From an uncultured Acidimicrobiia bacterium (GTDB taxonomy: Bacteria; Actinomycetota; Acidimicrobiia; Spongiisociales; JAOTWH01), in the NCBI GenBank assembly GCA_964347285.1, contig CAYFYE010000005.1, forward strand, positions 1 to 56,995: DNA of 56,995 nt, in the 5' to 3' direction. The position numbers and the translations under genes are program-made. Below, piece by piece: positions 19,303 to 28,101 of this stretch (its first letter is position 1; each line of letters begins with the position of its first letter). Under the pieces are notes generated by a model that was not told the DNA's origin, made no database searches, and was given only the letters and a program-made list of their open reading frames with translations.

Positions 19303-21837
19303 TCACTCTGTCTGCTCGGTGGGCTCTACGACAGCGGCCACTCCTTCGGCTACAGCCTGACAGATAGCGGCCGTTGCCACAGCGCAGTCGTGGAGCGCCC
19401 GCCACGCCAGTACCGCGCTCGACCCCCCGAGGAGAGCGACCACTACCCACGCCCGGCTCGAGGCAGCGCCCACAGCAAGGACCGCCGTCAGCAGGGTCAC
19501 TGCCATCCACAACCACGGCCATCGGGGCCAGGAACGTATCCGTACGAGCTGCTTGCCGGATCCATGCTCCTCGACGGCCATGCGCAACCGGCAAGACCCA
19601 AACCTCCCGCCCCTCACTTCGAGGTCGAAACGGGCAAACGGTCCTCCGCGCAACGCTGTGACTCCCAACGTCGTCAGCGATGCTTCGATGCCGTAGAGCC
19701 ATTCGTCGTGGCCCCGGCCATGCTCCGTCCAGTACGCCCCTCGTTTCGGCCGGGGCAGCTTCCACCCATTCGTGCCCGTACCGCGCTCGGACATCAGGCC
19801 CGATGACAGCCGTCCGCCGAGCCGTGCCAGCGGCTGGAGTATGTGAAGGATCGCCACGATCAGGCGAAGGCGGGCCCGCCCGAGTCGAGACCGCGGCGGC
19901 CCGGTGAAGCGTGCTCGCTGGGCGCCGCTTATGGCCTGCACCGCCGCCGCCCCCGCGGCCAACGCCAGCAGCGGAGTGACGATCAGCAAGGGTGCCCAGA
20001 GCAGGCCCAGCAACGAGAGTCCGGCAAGGGTCAAGATCAAGAGGAAGAACTGGGGCATCCGAGGAAGGGACCGGATGAAACCCGACCCCGGCTCGTAGAT
20101 AGCCTGGTATTGCTCCGATCTCGGGACGGCGCCGTGAACGCGCCCGGTCGGGCGCAGGATCGGCGTCGACATCATGCCGTACACGGGCCCGCCCGGCCCG
20201 CCCCGACTCGGGACGCTGTACTTCCCGAGCCACTTCGCCTCGAGCAAGGCCTCGGCCGAGCCGTATCCGAATTGCTGTCGCCAGTACGAGCGTATCGTCG
20301 GCCGAGGGTGGTGCCACACCAAGGCGGCCGGGTTGAAGCCGAGCGTCCGACCGCGCTCGCGTATCCGCCGGCAAGCGTCGACGTCGTCGCCGGCAGAACG
20401 GAAGTGCTCGTCGAAGCCACCGATCTCCTCGAGAATGGATCTGCGGAAGGCCATGTTGCAGCCGGCGAGATGTTCCGCCTCTCCATCGGACAGGAGGACG
20501 GGTACAGGGTTGCCCGGCGAGTTGGCGACGCACTGCGACATCACCCGGCCGTCCGCCGGAGCAATACTCGGGCCGCCCACGCCGGCGTGTGGGGTGCTGC
20601 CGAACGTGTGGGCAATGTACGCCAGCCAGTGGGGGTCGGGGTAGGCATCGTCGTCGATGTAGGCGATGATTTCGCCGGTCGCCGCCTGGAGGCCGGCGTT
20701 GCGCGCTCGCCCGAGGCCGCCGTGCTGGGTTCTGATCAGGTTGACGCCGTCGAATTGTCGGACGATCACCGCCGTGTCGTCCGTCGAGCCGTCGTCGACG
20801 ACGATCGTCTCGTAGTCCGGATAGTCGAGTCCGGCGATCCCCTCGAGGCACTCCCTGATGCGGGAGCCGCCGTTGTAGCTGCACACGACTATCGAGATCC
20901 GCGGCCAGGTGCGTCTGCTGGCGAAGGGCGCCTTCGCAAAGAGCGGGTGCAGGGCGACCAAAGCCGGTTTCTCGGTGCGGTCAGGGCGGGTGAGGCCGAA
21001 CCGGCCGTCGTGAGACTGGTCGGTGACCATGCCGTTGTCGTCGGTCCAGGTGTGGGCAAACGCTCCGGCGCAGCCCGACTCGAAGATGGTGCCGATGTGT
21101 CGAGCCAGGACATGTGCTTGGGAGTCTTCACCGCGGCTTTTGGCATCGACGCCGACCGCGCCGATGAGCAGAGGGCTGTTGCCTGCCAGGGTTTGGAGCC
21201 GGGCCAGGTGAACCGAGAGGCTCGCAGGCGGCTCCGGGAGCACGCTGAAGCACAGGAGATCGAGAAAGTCGAGGACGAGGTCTTCGGCCGACGGGTGGTT
21301 GGCGTACGTGACGAGGCCGTCCGGATCTTCGGATTTGGCCGCGTCGTACAGGCGGGCCAGCAAACGCTCCGTCCGTCGGCGACCGTGCCAGCGGACGACC
21401 TGTGCCGGGATTTCGTTGGCGACCGAGTAGCAGAGCAGGGCGGGGTGTCCAGCACAATGTCGAACCCCGCGGCGGATGACGGCCTCGATTCCCGATGATC
21501 GTCGTAAGTCGATGGACTCGCCGATGAGCTGATCCGTCGCCAGTCCCACCATGACGTACAAGCCGTGATCCGCGGCGGTGTCGAGGAGGCTCCGAGCTGG
21601 GACTCTGTGAGTCCGGACCGCGTTGACCCCACGGGCGGCCATGTGGGCGAAATCCCTCTCGACCACGTCTGGTGGAGGGAACTCGTACCCATTGGGGGAC
21701 CGGAACCCGCCGTAGGTGACTCCGCGCACGTAGAGCTTCTCGCCCCGCATCGCCAAGAACTTGCCGACGGCACGCGGGCGATCAAACGGGATCTTCCGAT
21801 CGCCCTCTCTGACCTCCCGGTCGGCACCGCTTCCCAT
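19303..21837 (-). CDS. GH-A-clan TIM-barrel/GT2 glycosyltransferase/TM fusion, paralog 2 (degenerate GH domain)
   Basis: KLYVRGVTYG, GVNAVR, ANEIP; GT2 SIVVCSYN, DDGS, YIDDD, GCNMAFR, GDDVD; C-terminal TMs. Confidence 0.88.
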   Translation of the reverse strand: MGSGADREVREGDRKIPFDRPRAVGKFLAMRGEKLYVRGVTYGGFRSPNGYEFPPPDVVERDFAHMAARGVNAVRTHRVPARSLLDTAADHGLYVMVGLATDQLIGESIDLRRSSGIEAVIRRGVRHCAGHPALLCYSVANEIPAQVVRWHGRRRTERLLARLYDAAKSEDPDGLVTYANHPSAEDLVLDFLDLLCFSVLPEPPASLSVHLARLQTLAGNSPLLIGAVGVDAKSRGEDSQAHVLARHIGTIFESGCAGAFAHTWTDDNGMVTDQSHDGRFGLTRPDRTEKPALVALHPLFAKAPFASRRTWPRISIVVCSYNGGSRIRECLEGIAGLDYPDYETIVVDDGSTDDTAVIVRQFDGVNLIRTQHGGLGRARNAGLQAATGEIIAYIDDDAYPDPHWLAYIAHTFGSTPHAGVGGPSIAPADGRVMSQCVANSPGNPVPVLLSDGEAEHLAGCNMAFRRSILEEIGGFDEHFRSAGDDVDACRRIRERGRTLGFNPAALVWHHPRPTIRSYWRQQFGYGSAEALLEAKWLGKYSVPSRGGPGGPVYGMMSTPILRPTGRVHGAVPRSEQYQAIYEPGSGFIRSLPRMPQFFLLILTLAGLSLLGLLWAPLLIVTPLLALAAGAAAVQAISGAQRARFTGPPRSRLGRARLRLIVAILHILQPLARLGGRLSSGLMSERGTGTNGWKLPRPKRGAYWTEHGRGHDEWLYGIEASLTTLGVTALRGGPFARFDLEVRGGRFGSCRLRMAVEEHGSGKQLVRIRSWPRWPWLWMAVTLLTAVLAVGAASSRAWVVVALLGGSSAVLAWRALHDCAVATAAICQAVAEGVAAVVEPTEQTE

Positions 21838-21975
21838 TGCCCGCCTGGCCTCGTCCCCGGTCCCTTGACACTCTACGCGTTCAGCTACGGCGACCTTACC
21901 GCATCAGCGGTGGTGCTACCCCAACCCCCCGAGGAGTCGGCCCCGGCGCCATGTCCCCGGGCCTACGGCGTTGAG

Positions 21976-23289
21976 TCAGTTGCCCGGGAATGCCGTCGGC
22001 GGCTGCCCATCGCAGCTCGACGCGTCGGGAAGCTGCCCGGCGCCGCCCATGGCCTCTTCGAGCAACCGGGGCAGCACCCGGTCCGAGTCGAAGAATTCCT
22101 CTGCAATCGACCTGGCGGCCTGGGAGTGCCGGGCGTAGTCGGAGTCGACTTCCCGCACGGCATCCACCGCCTCGTCCAGAGTTTGGAACGCCAAGATGCC
22201 CTCGCCCGCCGGCAGCACACCTGCGAAGCCGGTGTCCTGGACTACGACGGGCCGCCCGCTCGCCAGATAGCAGGCACTCCGCTCGCTGAACCAGCCGGGC
22301 CGACCCCGGACGTAGGCGTGCTTGGCAACAGTCCACTCGGCTCGCGAAGACTGGATGTACCAGCGATACCGGTCCGGATCACCGCATCTCTCAAAGGCGT
22401 CGACGACGTTCCAGCCGGCGTTGCCGAGCAGGTCTCGTGGAGTCCAGCGTTCGTTCTCTCGTGCCGATGCGCGGCGAGGGGTCGACTGGTCCTCGGTTTC
22501 CCAGTCTTGATGCCGGGTCGATCCCAGCGCCACCTCCATCGCCAGGGGATCGACCTTTTGCGGTAGCTCGAGAAAGCGCTTGAACTCCACGTCCTTCTGC
22601 CCGTAGGAGTCGCTGCCGTAACGTGCCGGTGCGTAGCTCGTCCAACTCATGACAGTGGTAAAGACCTCGCGAGCGCCCCCAGAGGGCGGCCACTCGGAGA
22701 GAACGATGGGCTGGCGGGTCGGCCGCCACCGGTGTCGGGTCCCCGGCATGGTTGCCCAGAGCCGCTCCCCGAAGCTGAAGTGCACGTCGTGAGCATCGGC
22801 GCGCCTGCGCACCGGGCCGTCTTCGGCGGTAGCGATCTTGGCCTGGGTAACTACCGGATCGGTGTCGATGTAGACCAGGCGCGGGATGGGTCGGTACTTC
22901 TCTGGATATTCGAGGGAGCCGGAAATATTGAGCAGCAGGTCGGCGGAGCGGATGACGGCCCGGCGGCGCTCGGCGGACAGACCGAACCACTCGGCTCCTG
23001 GTGGGTAACGGTAGGCCCAACGGTCGTCGAGGTCGAAGCGAGCCATCAACCTCGCCAGGTAATCCACGTTCTGTCCGCTGGCGGCTACCCGATTCTTTGC
23101 AGAAGTGCCGCTGTCCACGAGGTATGGCACTTCTCCCGAATCCTCGAAGTAGTACACGTCGTGTCCGAGCCGGACCAGCCCGAGCAAGAAATGGAGGTAG
23201 TGCCAGGCGAGCCCTCCCAGAGGTGGATGCTGACAGATCAGGCCGGTCACCACGATGCGCAGGGCCGGGGTCGGCTGGGACACCGCCAT
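21976..23289 (-). CDS. Putative GT-B glycosyltransferase
   Basis: GGLAWHY..LGHDVYYFED N-terminus; FSERSACYLASGRPVVVQDTG GT-B C-terminal signature. Confidence 0.78.
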   Translation of the reverse strand: MAVSQPTPALRIVVTGLICQHPPLGGLAWHYLHFLLGLVRLGHDVYYFEDSGEVPYLVDSGTSAKNRVAASGQNVDYLARLMARFDLDDRWAYRYPPGAEWFGLSAERRRAVIRSADLLLNISGSLEYPEKYRPIPRLVYIDTDPVVTQAKIATAEDGPVRRRADAHDVHFSFGERLWATMPGTRHRWRPTRQPIVLSEWPPSGGAREVFTTVMSWTSYAPARYGSDSYGQKDVEFKRFLELPQKVDPLAMEVALGSTRHQDWETEDQSTPRRASARENERWTPRDLLGNAGWNVVDAFERCGDPDRYRWYIQSSRAEWTVAKHAYVRGRPGWFSERSACYLASGRPVVVQDTGFAGVLPAGEGILAFQTLDEAVDAVREVDSDYARHSQAARSIAEEFFDSDRVLPRLLEEAMGGAGQLPDASSCDGQPPTAFPGN

Positions 23290-23296
23290 CACTTCC

Positions 23297-25807
23297 TCAT
23301 CGAGAAGGCTCGGTATCGTCGGCCCGCAATTGCCGGAACGTCCGCAGGTAGGAGGCGGTGGCAACGGCGCAACCGCCGAGAGCCATCAGGGCCAATACCA
23401 GCGCCGAGGACGCCAGCATGGCCGAGGCAGCCCAGGCTCCGTCGAGGCCGGCGGGGACGGCGAGCACCGCCAGCAGCGCTATCAGAAACAGGGAGCCCGC
23501 CCCGACCCTGGGCCAGGCGCGGAAACGAACTCTCTGACGGTCGCCTTGGCCCTCCACGGCCAGGCGGGCGCGCGCAGACCCGAGCCAACCGCCACGGATC
23601 TCGAGATCCCAAGGTTCATGGCGGCCGCCCCGGGCGGTGACGACTCCCTGGCGCCGCAGGGCCGCCTCCACGTGTTCGAGATGCTGCTCGGGTTCCGAGT
23701 GACGGTCGCACCAGAAATCGCCGATGTGCGCTCGGGGCAGGCTCATGTGACGTGGCCGCCGCCGGGGCGCCCGTCCGGCCTTCACCCGACCCCAGCCGCG
23801 AGCGACCGGCTGGATCAGGTGGAGCAGAGCGGTCAACGAAAGCAGACTCAGCCGGGCTACCGAAGAACGGGGCCGATTCGTAGAAAGGGCCCGAGAGGCG
23901 TCGACCAGCGCTCGGACAGCGAGGGCGCCGACGGCCAGGGCGAGCAGGGGCACGGCGAGCAGAGCCGGCGCCCACAGAATCCCCAATACGGAAAGCCCGG
24001 CGAGGACGCCGATCAGGAGATGGGATTCAGGCAGCAGCGACCATGACGACAACGCGCTCGGGGCCCGCTCGTAGATCGACTGGAACGGCGCCTGTCCCCA
24101 AACGCCGTGGTACACCTGCGGGCGCCCCCACGACCCGCCTCCCCGTCCGGCACCGTAGATCCGGCCCTGCCAGCGGGGGCGTCCGAGGGGACCGTGCCTG
24201 TTTGCCCACTTGCCGGCAAGCAAGCCTTCGGCGTACCCGTAGCCCACCTGCTGTTTCAGATAGGCCCGAACCGTGGTACGGCGATGGTGCCAGACCATCG
24301 CAGCCGGGGAAAACCCCAGGCTCCAACCTCGCTCGCGCAGACGCCAACAGACGTCGACATCGTCGCCGGCGGCGTTGAACCGAGGATCGAACCCCCCGAT
24401 GGCCTCGAGAGCCGACTTGCGGAACGCCATGTTGCAGCCCGGCAAGTGCTCTGCTTCCTCATCCGTGAGGAGCACGTGGCTGGGGCTTCCAGGAGCGTTG
24501 GCGACGCATTCGGCGACCAACCCGCCTCGAGGAGGCGGAACGTTTGGACCCCCGACCCCGACGTGGTCGCTCGTCGAAAACGTCGCGGCGAGATAGCTCA
24601 GCCAATGCGGGTCGGGGTAGGCGTCGTCGTCGAGGTAGGCGACGATCTCGCCGGTTGCTGCTGCTAGACCGGTGTTCCGGGCGCTGCTCAATCCTCGGTT
24701 CTCGGTGCTGATCACGCGGAAGCCGTATTCGGCGGCGATGGCCCCGGTTCCATCGCTCGACCCGTCGTCGACCACGATCACTTCGAAGTCCGGGTACTCC
24801 AGCTTCAGCAGGCCCTCGCAGCACTCCCGTATGGTGCGGCTCCCATTGAAGCTGCAAACGACGACCGAGATGCGGGGCCATGTTGAGGGCTCGGTGGGAA
24901 ATGGTCCTCTGTCGAAGGCACGGCGCACCGCGATCAGAGCGGGTTTGGGCCTGCGCTGCTCATCGGTCAGGCCGAATTTCCAGTCGTCTACGACGGTGTC
25001 GCCCCGGTACCACTCGTCGGTCCAAGAGAAGATGAAGAGGCCGGCGCAGCCTGCAGCGAAGGACGTGCGGACCTGCCAGTCGAGCACCTCGGCCTGTGCC
25101 GCCTCACCATTTCGCAGGGCGTCGAGCCCCACTTCGCTCATGATCACCGGCTTGTCGCCGGCAATGTTCTGGAGCCGGGCGAGGTAGGCCTCCAACGGCT
25201 CCTGCGCCTCCAGATATACGTTGTAGCAATGCAGATCGAGAAAGGGCAGCTGGAGGTACTCGGTCGTCGGATAGTTCACATAGGTGACGAGGCCACCCGG
25301 GTCTTCCTGCTTCACAGCGCGGCTCATGTGCTTCAAGAAGCGCTCCACGCGCCGCGGGCCGAGCCAGCGGACGATCGAAGCCGGGATCTCGTTGCCCAAG
25401 GCGTAGCAGAGCAGGGCCGGATGGCCGCGACAGCTGCGAACCTTGGCACGTACGGTTTCCTCGATGTCCGGAGCATCCTCGGCCTTGCGGTCGATCAGGT
25501 AGCCGACGTACTGCTCGACGGACAGACCGACCATGACCCGCAGGCCGTGCCGCTCCGCCGCATCGAGGAGGCCCGGCGGCGGCGTCGTATGGGGGATGCG
25601 AACCGCATTCATGCCGTTGGCGGCAATCCGAGCGAAGTCCTGCTCGACCATCTCGAGGTCGTGGTATTCGTTGCCGTCGGCGTCGGGTCGAAAAGCTCCG
25701 TAGGTCACGCCTCGCACGTAGAGCTTCTCGTTGCCGGCGAAGAGAAACTTGCCCCCGACTCGCGGCCTGGCGTCGAAGCGCACCCGGCGGTGCTCGGGCG
25801 CACTCAC
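23297..25807 (-). CDS. GH-A-clan TIM-barrel/GT2 glycosyltransferase/TM fusion, paralog 1
   Basis: KLYVRGVTYG, GMNAVR, GNEIP (acid/base), IMSEVG (nucleophile), FSWTDEW; GT2 DDGS, YLDDD, GDDVD; C-terminal TMs. Confidence 0.9.
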   Translation of the reverse strand: MSAPEHRRVRFDARPRVGGKFLFAGNEKLYVRGVTYGAFRPDADGNEYHDLEMVEQDFARIAANGMNAVRIPHTTPPPGLLDAAERHGLRVMVGLSVEQYVGYLIDRKAEDAPDIEETVRAKVRSCRGHPALLCYALGNEIPASIVRWLGPRRVERFLKHMSRAVKQEDPGGLVTYVNYPTTEYLQLPFLDLHCYNVYLEAQEPLEAYLARLQNIAGDKPVIMSEVGLDALRNGEAAQAEVLDWQVRTSFAAGCAGLFIFSWTDEWYRGDTVVDDWKFGLTDEQRRPKPALIAVRRAFDRGPFPTEPSTWPRISVVVCSFNGSRTIRECCEGLLKLEYPDFEVIVVDDGSSDGTGAIAAEYGFRVISTENRGLSSARNTGLAAATGEIVAYLDDDAYPDPHWLSYLAATFSTSDHVGVGGPNVPPPRGGLVAECVANAPGSPSHVLLTDEEAEHLPGCNMAFRKSALEAIGGFDPRFNAAGDDVDVCWRLRERGWSLGFSPAAMVWHHRRTTVRAYLKQQVGYGYAEGLLAGKWANRHGPLGRPRWQGRIYGAGRGGGSWGRPQVYHGVWGQAPFQSIYERAPSALSSWSLLPESHLLIGVLAGLSVLGILWAPALLAVPLLALAVGALAVRALVDASRALSTNRPRSSVARLSLLSLTALLHLIQPVARGWGRVKAGRAPRRRPRHMSLPRAHIGDFWCDRHSEPEQHLEHVEAALRRQGVVTARGGRHEPWDLEIRGGWLGSARARLAVEGQGDRQRVRFRAWPRVGAGSLFLIALLAVLAVPAGLDGAWAASAMLASSALVLALMALGGCAVATASYLRTFRQLRADDTEPSR

Positions 25808-26002
25808 TGTCGGCTGCCAAGGGTGCCCGAGCCGCCCCGGGCAAGAGGTGCCGAGGGAACAGCGAGGATGTAACGGCCGAGCCCGGGTGCCGAGGCAGGT
25901 TCCAACGTGACCTCCGTGCGTTCCGCTTCTCTCGCTGCGAAGAGCGGCGTCGCGGGCATACCGCCGGCCGAGACGACCCCCGACCTCGGTTTGCGCTCCC
26001 GC

Positions 26003-26038
26003 CCACCACTGGTGGTCTTATACCACAAGCAGTGGTGG
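26003..26038. promoter_or_regulatory. Bulged inverted repeat overlapping a minus-strand extended -10-like element upstream of the glycosyltransferase genes
   Basis: CCACCACTG/CAGTGGTGG plus GTGGT/ACCAC arms; the minus strand reads TGGTATAAG across the loop. Confidence 0.5.
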
Positions 26039-26108
26039 AGAGCACCGCAGCGCCTCACCCGTCCGGAAGCGATTTCCGCACCAGCACTCCAGACAGCGCT
26101 CGGTGCGC

Positions 26109-27119
26109 TCAAGCGAGGACGACCCTGCTCAACTTCTCAGCCTGGCCGACCAGCGCCGAGACCTTTCCCTCGGAGAAGCCCTTTTCTATGCCGCGGCTCA
26201 GCCAGTCCAGAATCCGATGGAAACGGAAGCAGTCCATCACCCGTGGCAGTTCCACCTCGTCGGGGACAGGAACGGCGTGGTGAATGGCCGCATTCCGGTA
26301 GGCCCGATAGATCCGCTCTCGCGCCGGCGATCGAACGCCGTCGGTGAAGAACGCCAGGTCATAGAGGGTCGCGCCCACGGCAGCCGACTCCCAATCGACG
26401 GCGCACACCCGCACCGGCTCGCACCGTGTGTCGAGCAGTACGTGCCAGGGGATGTAGCCGCCGTGCACGAGGCTGAGCGGTTGGCTGGTCATAACGTCGA
26501 CGACCCGACCGTACGATTCGAGGGCTCTCGCCAGACGCCCGGCACAGGCGGGCGCGAGTCGGGACACATTGCGCTGGGACTCGTCAGCCTTGGAATGGAA
26601 GAACGCCGCGTCGTGCCGGATCAGGAAGTCGGCTTCGGCCAGCAGACGCTCATGGCGTCGAAAGTATTCCTGAAGCCGGGCCAGCCACGCCGCCGCCGGC
26701 GGGCCGTGCCTCCCATCCGCCTCTTCCACAACGACGCCGCCGACCAGTTCCAGCAACAGCCAGTACGTGGCCCGAGACTCGTCCCAGATAGATCCGCAAT
26801 ACGCCGCGGTGCCCAGGTCCGACTGTGCCAGCAGATCTCGGTAGACGCGCATCTCGCGATCGCGTCTCTGCCCAAGATCGTCCTTGGTTTTGCGGGAGCG
26901 GCCGAAGTCCTTGAGGAAGAAGAAGAGGTCCTCGCCGCCGCCCAGGGTCACGGTCACGACCTCGCACTTGTAAGAGCCGACATACGGGAACCGCTTGCGA
27001 CGGATGCTCTCGATCACCGTTCGGCCGCCACGCTCAGCGGCGATGATGGGCTCCAGAAGTGTGCGCAACGAAGCTCCACCTCCACCTTTGGATCCGGTCG
27101 TTCTCGTGGTTCGAGTCAT
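26109..27119 (-). CDS. APH/choline-kinase-fold phosphotransferase, probable pseudokinase
   Basis: FFLK, WLLLELV, LVHGGYIPWH in place of HGDxxxxN, VDWE, YDLA. ATG at 27119. Confidence 0.8.
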   Translation of the reverse strand: MTRTTRTTGSKGGGGASLRTLLEPIIAAERGGRTVIESIRRKRFPYVGSYKCEVVTVTLGGGEDLFFFLKDFGRSRKTKDDLGQRRDREMRVYRDLLAQSDLGTAAYCGSIWDESRATYWLLLELVGGVVVEEADGRHGPPAAAWLARLQEYFRRHERLLAEADFLIRHDAAFFHSKADESQRNVSRLAPACAGRLARALESYGRVVDVMTSQPLSLVHGGYIPWHVLLDTRCEPVRVCAVDWESAAVGATLYDLAFFTDGVRSPARERIYRAYRNAAIHHAVPVPDEVELPRVMDCFRFHRILDWLSRGIEKGFSEGKVSALVGQAEKLSRVVLA

Positions 27120-27147
27120 CGGCCCTACATCCGCTTCGGCGAGCGCG

Positions 27148-28101
27148 CTACGACAGCCACGCTGCCCTCTCGACGAGCTGGTCCAGCCAGGAGCGGCACA
27201 GCGCGATCTCCCCGACCGAACCCTCCTTCCGCTCCAGACGCGGCATCGCCCAGTCGAGGTAGACGAGACACCGGAAGATCCTCCCAACGGTGGCCAGGCG
27301 CCGGAGCTGGAGCTGATCCATTTCCGCCCGACTTTCCTTGACGGTCGTCCAGTACACGTCGAGGTCGACACCAGAGATGTCTTCGGCCGGAACTCCCCAA
27401 CCCGCCTTCTCCCAGTCGATCGGCAGCAAGACGAGACCGGATGAGCCGCGGCGTACGTACACGTTGTGACCTATGAAGTCACCGTGTACGAGAGTATCCG
27501 GGACGCCTCGGCACACCTGCTCGAACTCGTCCCAGCTTGTCGCAAGTCCCTCGCAGTGTTCGAGGACCGCCTCGAGAACGACTGCGTCGTGGCCCGGCAC
27601 AGCGTCCTCGGCGAGCTGCTGGTGCAGCGCGGCGCCTGCCGATCGAAGAAGGTTTCGATAGTGCTGCGACCGCCGCGACGGAAGCCGGTCCGCGGCCGGG
27701 GGCCGGCCGAGCGAGCGGTGGAGAACGCCGAGCCACCGGCCGGCACCCGCTCGATGGTCGTCACGCCGGCGGCGATACGAGCCGACGGTCACGTCCTCGA
27801 GGAAGATCCAGCAGAATCCACGCTCGGGCTCCTCGGCCGCTCCGTAGTAACGGAGGAGCGGAAGCGGAACCTGCGGAAGGATCTCCTCGTAGACGACTCG
27901 TTCCACCGCGGCCGTCGCCTGGGGCGAGCGCTTGGCGATGACATCACCCTCTCGATCGCCGGCGCCGCGCAAGCGACACACCCCCGCTCCCCCACTGTCC
28001 GATTTGAGCACCTCGACACCCTTCGGCCCCACGGGTACTCCCCCGAGCCCGTGCCAGGCGCGGACGGCTGCGGCGGCCAGGGCGTCTTCCCCGCCGGTCA
28101 T
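27148..28101 (-). CDS. APH/choline-kinase-fold phosphotransferase
   Basis: VIAKR, WIFLEDV, LVHGDFIGHN, IDWE; ATGA overlap with the upstream kinase. Confidence 0.87.
   Translation of the reverse strand: MTGGEDALAAAAVRAWHGLGGVPVGPKGVEVLKSDSGGAGVCRLRGAGDREGDVIAKRSPQATAAVERVVYEEILPQVPLPLLRYYGAAEEPERGFCWIFLEDVTVGSYRRRRDDHRAGAGRWLGVLHRSLGRPPAADRLPSRRSQHYRNLLRSAGAALHQQLAEDAVPGHDAVVLEAVLEHCEGLATSWDEFEQVCRGVPDTLVHGDFIGHNVYVRRGSSGLVLLPIDWEKAGWGVPAEDISGVDLDVYWTTVKESRAEMDQLQLRRLATVGRIFRCLVYLDWAMPRLERKEGSVGEIALCRSWLDQLVERAAWLS

Noticed and set aside
19295..20884. N-terminal extension of the 1270-aa ORF, suggesting a giant fusion with the ABC exporter
   Set aside because: It is an off-frame overlap with the GT2 gene and reads as Arg/Pro-rich noise; the transporter plausibly starts at ATG 19294.
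25804..26112. 102-aa minus-strand ORF filling the gap between the kinases and GTs, overlapping both neighbours by 4 nt
   Set aside because: No motif or hydrophobic signature, and it overlaps a likely regulatory palindrome. The neat overlaps merit a tBLASTn check, but it is not supportable from sequence alone.
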